From: Antedon mediterranea
Lineage: Eukaryota > Animalia > Echinodermata
Assembly (NCBI RefSeq): GCF_964355755.1
Contig: NC_092673.1
Span: forward strand, 22,627,648 to 22,691,647
Length of the DNA stretch: 64,000 bases
Direction: 5' to 3'
Shown here: piece after piece, positions 36,956 to 59,544 of the stretch
Layout of the letters: each line of letters begins with the position of its first letter
Position numbering within the stretch: the stretch's first letter is position 1
The notes under the pieces: generated by a model
The model's database searches: none
What the model saw: only the letters and a program-made list of their open reading frames with translations
What the model was told of the DNA's origin: nothing
Position numbers and translations under genes: made by a program

Positions 36956-37826
36956 TCTATCAAAATAGTGTTTTTTAAAGAAAATCGGCCTGTCTTCAAC
37001 ATTATGATGCTGTACTCGAGCTGTTCAACCGGTTTTCAGCCATTAAAAACAATTATCGTAGGAGATAGGAAAGTGCGAAGCACCCTCGTATTATTGTGTG
37101 CGGGTATTTTTCAAGATGGACATGCATTAGACAGTGTATACCACGGTCAGAAAACACCCCTATTTGGGGCAAATCGTTGAACCTAAATTCGTTTTAATTG
37201 TCAATAACTAATTATCGAACTCAATTTAATTAGTAAACAGGGTTACATCAGGTGGTTAAAATCAGTATCGAAAGTACGAACCAACTTTATATACCATCGG
37301 GTAAACATTCTAGAAATAACGCGCGATTTACCGAATTTTGCCCCTACGTAAATTTATATATAGATGTAGGAAACTTCGATTCGATTGATTGTGTTTACGA
37401 CATTTTTAACACGGTCACAAAGAGTACCGTGTACCCGGGTCAACTCCAGCCTCCAAAGACCCTCTAAATCCACCCAGACATCAATTAAAAAATCGTTATT
37501 ATACAGGTTTCGTGTTGAAATGTATTGTGATACATATCCATTTGTTTGGTTGATTAGAGAAGTTAAATACTTTGTCACGACATAACATTTCATAATAGGA
37601 GACAGATTGGTGTTTGTCACGACATTTCAACGTACCGTTGCGTCGACCTTATTTATATTATTTTGTACATTATACAATGCCTTTGTCATTGGTGCCATAG
37701 AAATTATCTTTATTGAAATAAGATCTAAGTACAGTATTTTTACAATGTTGAATTATTTATTTATTTCAATAAGCGAGACGAGGCGAGGAGAAGCGAGGCA
37801 TTCAATGCCTCTAGCGATGCAACTAG
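36956..37826 (+). mobile_element. Helitron-like non-autonomous element (5' end tentative)
   Basis: Hairpin GAGGCA-TTCAA-TGCCTC (37795-37811) lies 11 nt before a terminal CTAG (37823-37826). Candidate A|TC start at 36956. The base after CTAG is A, not the expected T. Confidence 0.45.
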
Positions 37827-38502
37827 AGTCATTGTTGTGAATCCGAGATATTATACAGTAATTGAACAATAGAGAACAAACTTGTGTTAAGATGGCAATA
37901 ATAAACAAATATTAATTTACTTCCTGGTACAGAGTGGTATACTACTAGTTTTTACTACTATATTATTTTATTTTTATAGAGGGTTACAACATACTAGGAC
38001 TCAAATATTTCAAAATAAGCATTCAGATTATACTACGCGCTCTCTTAAAATTTATCTGACCAAATTTTATAAATGTCCCGTTTGCTTATGTTAAAGCTAA
38101 ATGCCTCCTACCAACAACTGTAACATGGGTAAAACATTCTTTATCTTATTGTAGTCGTGTATGCCGGTGGAAACAGTTTCATTGGGTGAGGATTTGTGTG
38201 AGGATAACTTGGTGGAATTGGGAGTGAGAAACCAATGGAACACACACGCGACTTGACGGTACCAATCCATTATATGGCTTCCTTCGAATATTACCTAAAT
38301 CTAGCATAATTATGCAATATAGCATACTTGTTACCAATTTAGCTGCAGCATCTAGTATTTATGCTAGGCATATTTTGAAAAATCTAGCATAATTTTGCAT
38401 AGGCCTAATTCCCTTATTTCAGCATTTTTTGGAAAAATGTAGCATAATTTTAACCAAATAATTTGTCAAAAAACTCAATGGTTTTTTAAATATTTTATTT
38501 AT

Positions 38503-38590
38503 ATTATCCCGTCAGCTACTGCTGACTGGGTTCTGTTTTACAAATAAGACTCTCTTTCTTTCCATTAATGGAAAGAAAGAGAGTCTTGTT
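38503..38590 (+). repeat. Stem-loop plus perfect 42-bp palindrome, possibly a minimal HINE-like element
   Basis: CCCGTCAGC-TACT-GCTGACTGGG, then AAGACTCTCTTTCTTTCCATT|AATGGAAAGAAAGAGAGTCTT (38546-38587), then GTT. Confidence 0.7.
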
Positions 38591-39613
38591 ATTAATAACG
38601 AAAACAATCTTACATTATTAGTTGTGAACAAGACATTTGATGAAATCGCCACCTGGTCTATCTTGTCCGGCTTACCTTTCCATCATTACCTTGTTCATGA
38701 TCGAAGGTCGGCAAGGGGCTAACTTGGACGATTTGTAGGCTAAATCACACATCTGGGAATTTTTTTTGCAGAGAATTTGAATCATATATTTTATTTTCTA
38801 CAGTTGAACCTGGAAAAGTGGCCGCTTGCGGGATGTTCTGCCGATAGGAGGCCAAAAGAACACATTTATGGCTACGCACGATATTTTTAAAACCACGGCC
38901 TATCAATACAAATGAAAAAAATAAAAAAATTTATTTTTGGTAAAAAGTAAAACTGACAAATAAAAAAGGCTAGAGTTTACACACACGGTGCAGGAAAGTT
39001 AAGCTTTGTTCCAATTTGGAAACACAAAGACACCGCAAGTAACTTTTACAACTCGATGGATCACTCGAACTGTCATTTGTGATAATTTACGCGCATCGAG
39101 CCTACGTTATTGCATTGCATGTAAATGAGAAACAAACTTATACAAAAGTAGGCCTACTACTATGTTTCTTTAAAAAACGTAACTAATAAAATTTAAAGAA
39201 ATGCACAAAATAACACTACATTCAAAAATAATATTTATTTCTTTAAAATACTGTATAAAATAATATATAAAACTTTACAATTAAAACATTTGAAAATATT
39301 TATCAAAATTAATGCATAGAATTCCAATGAACACAATATATGAATTTTTCCTAAATTTCCCATGGCATCCACCAATGCATTTTGTTCTTATAATACAATG
39401 AATAACATGTTTTTTCAATACAATCATATTTGAACAACATTTTAACAATTGATCGTCTAGCGTGAACTACTTAAACAATAGTTCATACTCCATTATGTCT
39501 ATTTAAAAACCAGAAATTTGACTCAAATTATTTATACAGTAGCACTTTTAAATATAATAAATAAATCTTTTGGCTGTTCAGCAACACATTTTTAATGCAA
39601 ATATTCAAAGGAA

Positions 39614-48260
<8,647 letters not shown>

Positions 48261-48640
48261 CGCAAAAAATGAATCTACAAAAATAAATATTACTGTATTA
48301 TACAAAAAAAAGTGCCTCCCGAACCATAAACTCCCCTCCCAGCGGAGCGTTAAAAAAGGCCTCTAGGTAGGCCTAGCCTACTTTAAGTTGGGGTATTCAT
48401 GACATTCATTCTTCTAGGCCTCTCCCTAGTACAGTAGTAGTATAGGCCTACCTAGTACCTGTACTGTAGTGGGCCTAGTATAGATACTACCTATATAGCC
48501 TCTTATAGTGGCTATAATATAGTAAGTAGTAAACAAGAAAGAAAAAACATCATTATTATTTAAATTAGGCTAGAACTTGTGTGTATGTTTTATCAGTAGT
48601 TTATTAGAATGTGAAAAACACTGATTTGATGTTGTTTTCT

Positions 48641-49463
48641 GGGATTAGGCCAAGTTGAGCCGCCGACAAGTTGAGCCGCCGCCAGAAAAACGTTATTTTC
48701 TATGAAACGCCAAATGCTTACTTTCGCCGGTGCTCGTTTCTATTTAATAGAAGTTCTATTTATATTAATTATTAGATATAACGATGCATATTCCAAAGTT
48801 TATATATCACGGTTTTTAGTATATATTATTAAATATTATAATTAAAGAGAAATAATTATGAATATCTGACTTGTAGATTCCAAAATATAAGGCCTAAAAC
48901 ATGACCGAAAATGATCGTTTTTAGCCAAAATTGACGTAAACATGTTGCCCCCTTAGGCGGCAGTTGTATGAACTAGGCCTACTCCATTTTTCGGTAAAAT
49001 AATTGCATAAAATCACCGTTTTTTAGTAAAATATTTTGTGTATTAACATTGTAAAATTCAATAAAATATGATATTAAAAGATAGTAGATAAAAAATAATT
49101 ATTATTTAACCTCATTCGAAGAGTATCAATACTCTTAGTCCTGAGAGACAACATGATTTTACGCGAGAAAAATATTATGGAGTGCACTGCACTTGAAAGA
49201 ATTTGAAAGATTTGAAAGATTAAAAACAATTAAATTATTAAATATGACTACTTTCCTTTGCTGTGTTGTTATGGCTGTTCAAACCAACAAAATTGTAGTA
49301 TGTAATTATTATTTATTTTCATGACACAATAAACCTAAAGACCATGAACTTATGTACTAGGACACCCCTCCATCACTACGCGAAATGTCGTAAAAGACGC
49401 ACTGGGCGTTTCATAGAAATTACCGGCGGCTCAACTTGTCGGCGGCCCAACCGGTCATATCCC
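48641..49463. mobile_element. 823-bp MITE in the presumed first intron of CDC7
   Basis: Imperfect ~40-bp TIRs (GGGAT...GTTGAGCCGCCGACAAGTTGAGCCGCCG / CGGCGGCTCAACTTGTCGGCGGCCCAAC...ATCCC) flanked by the direct repeat GTTTTCT (48634-48640, 49464-49470). Confidence 0.8.
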
Positions 49464-49833
49464 GTTTTCTGGTTGTTATTAATAATAATTATTATTATTT
49501 ATTATTAGTTTAGGCTAGGACTAGCCTACTAGACAATGTAGCCTACAGCTAGGCCTAGAGAGTCGCTACAACGTACGGCATCCAACGGTACACTTCCAGC
49601 TCAATTATGCTTCCGTTTCAGTTTGGCCTAGCCTACGCCTAGTCTAAGGCCTACTTACTTATACTTTATAGTATACTAGCTAGCTAGGCCTAGTAGGGCT
49701 AGGATATCAGTACAGTAGGCCTAGGCCTAGCCGCCTAACTAATTTAGACTAGGCCTAGAGAGACTGGCTTAATAATGGATTGGTATTTTTTTACATTTCT
49801 ACTGTAACTACTACATACTTCAACAAAAATTAC

Positions 49834-49926
49834 CTTTCAAAATAACTACTGTACCACCACCAGAGTCCGACGTCCTGTATTGTGTCGATAGTAGTAAACA
49901 ACAAGATTTAGGGATTCGCGCCAAAA
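49834..49926 (-). promoter_or_regulatory. Putative CDC7 non-coding exon 1/promoter with E2F site
   Basis: AAG|GTAATT donor at 49834/49833, with matching acceptor at 48275-48276 just before the ATG. TTTTGGCGCGAA (E2F consensus) is on the minus strand at 49915-49926. Confidence 0.6.
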
Positions 49927-52900
49927 TCGGCTTGTCTAGAAAAATGCATCATGGGTAAACAGATTAGGGAAATCACCTGAAATTACGTAATAGGTTTTAT
50001 GTCTGGCGCTATAATGTATAATCATAATTAAAATAAATAATAAAATGAATAAATACAACAAAATGACAACAAATATGTTAACCACAGGGGCCTAGACAAC
50101 TCTAATAACATTTTTGGTGGACTGCAGTACTTTTCTAAACTCCCTCTACAGTTGAACATGGAGCTATGAGCTCGTACTGTGGCCTACTTCAAAATTAATT
50201 CCAGTAGAATGATTTTGTAATTAACAACGTTAACAACCATAGAAAAAAAAAATCTATGTAGGCCTAGACCTATCAATATGTTTTGAATGAATATTTTTTG
50301 GTTAGGTCTTTAATTGCAAAAATATATGTTTGATGAAAATCCGTAAATGCTAAATATAAACATAATGAGTTTATATTCCTTTATAGTTCATCTATGTTTA
50401 TACCTCCATGGTTTATCTATGATTTCAAAGAACATTTTGTGTTCATCAAGTTCGTGTGAAAAACATATAACCGGAGGAGATTGGGGAGGGCTGCATATGG
50501 TATATGCCTAACACCCCGAGACCCAACCATCTCAGTATAACAAAAACCCCAACAATTGCCACGGTGAAACATGGATACAGATTATTTATTATTATTATTA
50601 TTATTAAGAGTTCAGGGCAACATAATTTGGTAACTTTTTAAAAACAAGCTTTAAACAATTCCTTCTTGATAAATACGCATCATTTCTTTATATTACTTTA
50701 ACTACACTGTACAGGCCTACATTTGAAATACAAATCTCTATAACTTACTTAGGCCTATTTTTTAAAATTTTAAATCATATGTTTAGGCCCTAGAGCTGAG
50801 ATGTATTTAAAGATGGTTTAATTTTTGTGTTGAATATGCCATTTTAACATCACATAAAGGTTATTCACACAACAACAAAAATTTACCTGAAACAACTGTA
50901 ATTTAAAGCAAAAAATTAGGCAAATTAGCTGCCAGCCAATGGGTTTTTGGTTGAATTTAACCGGCCGTTTATTTTGTCATTTTATAACTGAAAACTTTTG
51001 TTTCAGGGTTTTTCTACGGAATTGATTAACTTAACTGCTAAAACTACAAAATGGCCTATTCAAAGTCTGATTTTATTAATCTTCATTTTTCAATGTTTTT
51101 GTAGAGGACAATAAAATATAAATATAATAATAACATTTCTTTATAAAAACATCGTTTCCTGAGACCTCATCATTGTTGGATTATATGATTCGCCTTGTGG
51201 AAAGAATTGTTGTTAGGCCTGTATAAAAAGAATTTTTTTTTATTTGAATCCCGCACCCGTACTAACATTAAAATACTAATATATATATATATATATTTTC
51301 ATTTCAATAACATGGTAACAAATATAATTATTTGATTTAAACATTCTTTATTAGGAATGTGTTGCTTTCTACCAAAAATAGTTTTACATCATTTATTTAA
51401 ACCCTTTTATTCTCATAAACTTAGCAGGAGATCGAAATCAACTATATTATTATTCTATTTCTAAATTAAAATAATCAGAGTTTTCATAACATATGCAATG
51501 AAAATAGAACGAAATTGATGAAATGTGTATTTTAAGAATATATATTGATTTGCATAATATTTGGTCTTGATTTCATAAAACATACAAATAATATGTAAAC
51601 CTAGTTTACAAGGAAAGAAAGTCATTCAATCGCCAACACGAAATAAAAATGATGATACAGACTTTAAATTAAAAATCTAAAATTGAACTTTCTTTAAGAA
51701 ATAAAAATCATAAACGAATTCTTCTTCGTAATTTTAGTGAATTTGAATCAGTTTCTGTAACAGAATAGGATGAACAACATCCACTATAAAGTATAGGCTA
51801 CATACAATTCTCAATTTTATATTATATATATATATTTTTTAATTCTAATATCATTTTTAAAAGATTTCATGCATACACACCAGTGATCTCGTTTCTTTCT
51901 TTAACGTTGCGTTAGACCAGTAAGAATGATAAAAGTGAATTCACTCTTCCCTGGTTAGGCTATACGAAACTAATTTTATTTTCCAGCACAATTATTTTGT
52001 ATAAGAAAGGAATAAGCTGACTTTATATAGGGTTAAATTGTAAATTCAATACATAAATGGAATAGTAATATTATGAACACACAAAAGATGTATAAGATCA
52101 GGGAAGATGGAAATTACAATTTCACTCTACCCTGATAGAATAATGTTTTGGACAAAACTAATAGGCGATGACTAAGTTAGGATCAGAATGTTAAAGCTCA
52201 ACACCTCTTCTTTAATTAATCTTATATCAATTGTTTCAAGGGATAATCGCCTCTAATCTGCGTATTAATCCATGTTTTCAACACAGCAGCATAATTTCGA
52301 AAGTTCAACCAAAGATCAAATCATGATCGATTTATTGGGCATTGAAGAGGACCTTAATGCTCGCCATATAATAATGTATACCTAATTATACATTTTATTT
52401 AAGTTGCTTTTTTCCTTCTTTTATTTAGTTGCACATTAAAGATCTGTTTTCATTATACACCCTCTAAGTAATTGTACAATGTTGAAATACAGAACTGAAA
52501 TTGAATGTTCTTTTACATACAATTGGTATAAATACCATTAGTGATGTTTCGTTGACATGATGACAACTTCTTTAAACTACTGCTTGGAATGGTCTGTACA
52601 GTCTTGGAGACGCTGTGTCTGTATTTATTTTGGTTCAATAACAAAAAAGGAATAATTTTCCAATTAATTATATTCGGAACCAGATGAATTTATTTAATAG
52701 AATTTGGAGATTGTTTCATAGTTTAGGAGCTGCAACTGCGAAAATGCTGTAGGCCTATAACAATACGTTTCATGGAAAGTATGTGTTGTAAATAAACTAT
52801 GCGAATATCAAAGAAAATGTATTTGAATATCAAAATAAATTGATGCCACATTTTCCAACAGTCATCACCATTTCTTATCAGATAGTTTCAGAAACTGGTC

Positions 52901-55900
52901 AATTCCACACTTACATTCCGAGATAAAATGAAAGATTTCATATAAAAAAAAACCAATAAACATACTCTGGAAATCACCCAAGATGAACGTTGAAATAGAG
53001 TTGATCATCTATACGTACTTCAGCAACAACATTAATGTTCCGTCATACTTAAATGCAAAATATGCGCGACCGGCGTCCCACATCTCCTATCAGGCATATA
53101 CAATGATTTATAGAATTATTCAAATTATAATATTCTTGTCAGCAATTAATAATAAGCCGAAAATTAAATATGGGAATTTGTTCGTTGGCAATCATACTGA
53201 GAGTGGCGGCTGGCGTTTGATGACGTCATGTGATGACGAGAGTTGTGACAGTGTCGTGTGACAATGATTTGTGTTTTATCTTCGTTGATGATTAGTTTGT
53301 GTGTTATAAGTATATAGGCTTGAAGATGTTTGCAAGAAGAAAAAAAACAGAAATTCATTGCACTGGTTTTCTCTTTAAAGTTAATAATTATACAAATCAT
53401 TTTTATTCAATACAACAATTCTAATATCATAATTAATAACCTGAATAATAACAAGGTTAATGAGAATAAAAACATTCTTTTTTATTATTCTTTTCCTAAT
53501 ATAGTTTTGAAAAAGACAAATTCTAATGTTCCGTTGATTGACGTTCTTTCTTTCGGACTAATTGTTTATAATGTTTACAGTTGATGAAATGAAAACTTTT
53601 GCAATTAAATATTATCGACGTAACACCGGTAATTTACAATTTCGAACAATCAATAAGTGATACTTCAGTTTGATCTATTTGGTAGCCTTGTCATCATTGC
53701 ATACACAGCGCAATCCAGCGTCAGCACATCTGACGTTGCCGGCTAGGCAGTCAAATATTGAGCGGTTGCCGTAGAAGACTTTACGCATGATTTTCGCGGG
53801 TTACGGCTCATTAGTTATAACTGTTAAAACCATACGCCTAATCAAGTGGTCATCTCTTGTATAACAATCGGCGCGATGATGAAGAAATAATCGCGCCATA
53901 TTTATGATTTTAATTCATTCTATAGCCATTGATTTCTCGCACCTTTTGTCCGCTCCGAGTGATATGATAAGGAAGGCCTAACGGGCGTTGAATTGGAATC
54001 AAGACGCGATCCACTTAATTTTGCAATTGTTTAATCGGCGATAGAATCGATGCAATGAATCTAAAAAACACACATATTTGTTATTTTATAAGAACTAGCA
54101 CGCTAATAATAATCTAAATAGAGCGCATTAAATTTGCTAACATGATGCAGCTGGTTGGAGGGACCTGTTAGTGCTAGGCCTAGCTTCTAACTTACCATCG
54201 GTTACGAAGTCAGCAGCTAATTCGCAAGCTTAGCTGTTTTGCTCGAGGAGGTGTTGCTTACATCAGTAATTACAAATTAATTTTAAATGTATCACGTATA
54301 ATACCTTACGTTTTAATTATTTTTCGTCAATGAAACAAAACAAAGGCGATTTACTATTATGTTTGCGGTTTTGAAGTTATGATACTTTACAAAGGTTGCG
54401 TCCAATACCGTAAACTTTGAACGTAATGCTTAAAATGTTTTAAATAATAAATATATTTGTTGTTGTGGCAAAATTTGGTATAAAAATAATAAAAATGGAA
54501 ACATTTTAACATTTCATTTCTTAATTCAAGGCTTTCAGTAAGAGTAAGAGTAGTTATATGTACACATTTTGGTTTTTCTTCTTCATAGTTGTAATTATAC
54601 CATGGAGTATACCTCCTACTTGTAAAACAATAAAACAAACCTTCTTTGCCGTCCAATCCTTACTCATATTGCAAGATGGAAGTTTGAACAATAACACAGA
54701 ATTAATACAATGTTACTTTTTTCTCAATACATATTTCTATTATACTACAAAGTATATGTATTATTTAAAACATTTTAAGAGTATCCTGAGCTCTCATTTG
54801 GCGACATTTTAATTTCTTTTTATAGAATAATTATTCATGGACCTTTTTTCTGAAAGCGGCGCTTAGACACATTTAAGACGCTATAATGATAAGAAAACCA
54901 TTGTATTCATATCAATTTCTTTTATTTCGTAAATTTAATCTATATCAACAAACGTACTTACAAACAGAAAAAGAAAAAAGAAAATTCGCAAACTCTAAGC
55001 TTAAATATATAGGATACTTCATCTACAATACATTTTTGCGTTATGGAGCATATGTTTGCAAACACAAGAAACTAGAATATTACAACTATTCAACATACGT
55101 TGCATGAAACCATAGATAGATTTTCGCATAATAATACTCATTAAAGGAAGGCACACCATAAACCTCATCCGACACTACTGCTTCTAGAGACATTGGGAAA
55201 TTCAAGCTAATTTAGTTCAAAATTCAATATTTCAATTTTAAGCTGCGGTGACAGTACGATTTTAAGTTAGCAGAGTCTTCAAAACGAATAGCGATGTTTA
55301 CTCAATGCAACAATAAAGCCAAGTCAATCAATTATTATCAATGATATTAAGCTTGAGGGTATTTACTATATTCAAAGTGTAATATAAAAGACAATATCCT
55401 TAAATCGATTAGCCTACAACCAGAAAGAATAAAGATTCTTAGCCCATTATTACCTTGAGTTAATAATCAATACAATCGTATGTTACATTGCTTAATTTGT
55501 ATATCAATACAATTCAGTGCCGTGCTTAATAATGACAGAATAATTTAAGTGGGAACTTACACAACCCTTGCACCTGTTACCTTATCTTATTAGAATCTTA
55601 TTAAATTATGTCAATAATTTATTATGTTGCTTATTTCTTCCTATAGTTTTGTTATTTAAAGGAACTCCACTTTTTAGAAATCTCTTAGAGGGACACTTTC
55701 CCTGAAACGAACGCAAGAATGACCCAGATTCCTTCTGAAGGGGACATTTTTTCGTGAAACGAACGACAGGGCACTTCCTTCCGTTTCTGTTTAACACCAC
55801 GGAAAACTCCTTATTCAGGAGAAACCCCTTTAGAGGGTCTTGAAGTTTTAATGTGGAAAAAGAATGTCTCTGTTTATACAGGTATCTATTCTATGTCATC

Positions 55901-58900
55901 TTCTCATAATATTAATATATATTATATCTTTAATTATATCGTAATTTGCGTAAGAAGGATAGTATTTTGAAGCAAAAACATAAAACAAATATTCTTGACA
56001 CTAGGCCTACCAGGTTGATCGATTTTATATTAAGCGTGGCAAACTTACTTTTAGAGGGTGTTTGGTTTTCAGTTTATAACTCGTGTTTTATTAATCCGCG
56101 CGTGTGTTTCGCGTGTCCAACGAACACAGCACGCGACCACCATTGATTTTTGAGAGGATGGTTTTCTCATTCGTGAAGTTAATTTTCAGTCTCGCTTCAC
56201 ACAAAGAGCCAGAAAGTGTTGCTTGAATGCATGTCACAGGTGACGTGAATTGTGTGTATCTCTATCTACAAACTACTGCTAGATAAAGCAACTATTATTT
56301 TCTTTTAGTCGGGCATGAAGGAAAGCAAGAACTGTGTAATATGTATGTACTATGATCAATTTTTGAATCGATTTAAAGAAAAGAACAGCGGCTACAAAAT
56401 GCAGCGTAAATCATTACAATACAATCATGGCTAATTTGTTTAGTTTTACAATTAATTTTAGTTGAATTATTTGAAATAAATATTTGTCCTGTTTGTTCAT
56501 AATTATCTGAGATCTATTAGTAAACCTTTTAAAAAATATTAACAATTAGGCCTATTTTGTTGGTTAATGAACACATTCCATTACTGTTATATACACCTCT
56601 AGATGTATTCATATTAAGAGATCATATAAAAATTATATAAAAAAATCCAATGTGGTCAAAACTACACATCTTGAAATCCTAAAATAAAAATCATCAACCA
56701 AGAGTTGAGATGCTTTGAATGCTCAGATATTCAAACCATTAGACCATGGACTTACTAATTTATAGGTTCATGATTGGACAACTAGAGATTTTTCGGTAAG
56801 TTCCAACTTAAAGAAACGCTTCTCATTGTAAATTAGCGTCAATGAAACAACACGAGTAAGACTTATCATGTAACGCTTATCAAGGAAAACAGCATCAAAC
56901 AACATATACAAATTTAAAATGCTGGGCATGGGGAGCTTAAACAAAGTACATTCATGTAACTCAAATGGGCCTTTCGTAAAAATATAAACAATACTAAATT
57001 AATATCAGTAACATTGCAATAAATTGTTATAAATTCATTCAATTAAATTAAATAAATAAACATTATATGCTTATTTCAAAATGTTTAAAAAGTAAGACAA
57101 TCGTTTTAGTAGAATCAAGCTGGTTAGATCAAAAAGAAAGCAAGACAGATTTCAAGTCGTTTGGCTAAAAGGTAGAAAAGTGAAGATATCAGGATGTCTG
57201 GTATTTTTAAATATGCGTTTCTCAATAATTGTAATAATAATAATCATATTCTTTATTGCAACTTGAAATTGCTTAACAATATTTTTATATATAAAATATA
57301 AAGCTATCATAATAAAAACGGTCAAACGCATTTAATGTAAACACACACAAAAAATATAGATAGGCCTATAGGTATAAAACAGAACAATTATATAATATGG
57401 AGAAACATTTGCTAACAAACAAAATAACAAGAAAGTTTCTCCTTGTTTCAGAGAACAATTATCATTGGCACATTCTAAAGATACGGTACGTTTTGTTGAA
57501 TTCTATATCACCTTGTAATTTGTATTTTTGAGATAGAAATTGCAGTTTTCGTCCTCACACAAAATAACTTTACCTCTGGTACATGACTACCAACCTCTGA
57601 CGTTGGAAATACCATGTGCTATTGCGATTCTTTACTAAAATTTACCTCGATCTGCTGTGGCGATGACATGGGTTCGAATCCCAAGGAGGATATTCTTAAT
57701 AAAGAACACAGAAAATGGGTTAGTTAATTAGTTCTGTTTTCCCAGTAAAAAAAAGAAAATAAACATCGTCAATTTATATTACAACTAATTCTTTAAACAA
57801 ATATTAATACTACAATCCTTCAAATAGACATTAAATTCAGATTAATTGCTTATGAATTAATTACAAGCTATAATGCATATATGCATTAGAGCGCGCGCGT
57901 GTGTACACCGACGCTGTTCGTTATATGATTTTGGCTTTTCGTTATTTTGAATTAAAGCACGATTTTACCAGCTGACGAAATTCCCTGAAACATCAAGTAC
58001 AACTATAAACAAGTAAATACAATTATGAATAATAAATAAGACGTTTGAAAGGCATTTCTCATTAATATGTATAAATAACCTATAAAAGCACGCTCAACAG
58101 AATCTTTATTGATTGTCCGAATCAGGCTAGCGCTTAATTCGAAACCTCAAGTTTGAACAAATCTTCACGCATGCGCTTCGATAGCAGCCCTGAAATCAGA
58201 TAATTGATTTTTCGTCGTGTGTTATTTGCAGTCTGCTTTCAATTTTATGGTATCGAACGGACACACAAAATTAATTAAGCTTTATGTCTAATCTTTAATT
58301 ATTGAAGTTTATATCGAACGGTGATATTATTTAGCTGTATAGACCGATTCTTGTATTGCATACTGATCGTGTTTTAAACAGTGACCAAATCGATCGTCTG
58401 CTTGATGTTTGTATAACACATATAATAATGAAGAACTGCGTGAATAGATTTACTATATTTTCCAAAAGAACGTGCTACTGAGTGTTTTTGTAGATTATAT
58501 CGATTTAGATATAAGAAAGTTATGACATTAATTAAATCGCCCAGGTATCAATTAGATCATAGTGGAGCTGCTGCTGTAGCTTGTCTTCCAATCTTAAAGA
58601 CCTGGGTTCATTCCTGAACTAGGACCAGGGTTCAACAATCCTGATTAAGAGCCGGGGTTCAATTCTGACACGGGCCAAGGTTCAATCAAAGGGCGTAACT
58701 TGCTCAAACATGCTCAAGCTAAGCTAAATCTCAAAGAGACTTAGTTTAAGCATGATATAGCCTGTATTTCATTCTGTAATACAATTTAACTGGCAAGTTA
58801 CTTGCTGTTGGATGTTTACAACAAAATGAATATAGAAGAAATAGTTTTTAATAATGAACTTTACGATTTTTCATCCCATTTTCCAACAATGTCGTTAGAA

Positions 58901-59544
58901 TCAGGAACATTGAAACTCCATTTCGGCGGGTTGAAAAATTATGGGACATATCATAATATTACCGATAAATATTCAGGATCGCTGTTTATATGTCACCTGC
59001 TTTTGTCCGGCAGGTATCACCTTAATTAGTTATGTTGTTCTATACGGTACTGTACAGTAAGTATACAGCATAATTGGTGGACGGCAATTCTCAATTAAAA
59101 GTTTTTCTTTTATTAATAATAATGTGAAGTATGGTGATGAAAAATGTTCAAGGTCTTCGATATATGATTTAGAAAACGCCAGGTATCAACACTTGTGGAT
59201 TAACATAGCAATGTCATTGTGCTATGCAGATTATTAAAACTGTAAGCTTTATACATTTTAACCACAAGTATCCCAGGGGAGGATTTAACTGGCATGGGCC
59301 TAGGCTTATACGAACTCTGTGGATTAAGGGGCAAGATGAATGATATATCGACAAAGCTATCAATTACATCAATTTAAAGAAGATTCGTGACAACAAATAC
59401 CTTAATTAAGAGCAACAAACAAGTTTTGTCAGATGTACACCAAACTAGTTTGTTGTGTTGTTTAGTTTCATTATTGCTTTGTTTTTTTTTAGTATTAGTT
59501 ATGTTGTCATATCTTGCTGGTTATTAGATGGTCTACTTTCTTGG

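Noticed and set aside
57655-57690. tRNA gene (GGTTCGAATCCC B-box); similar words at 42790, 58600-58690 and 61895
   Set aside because: No cloverleaf or intact A-box; most likely decayed tRNA-derived SINE heads.
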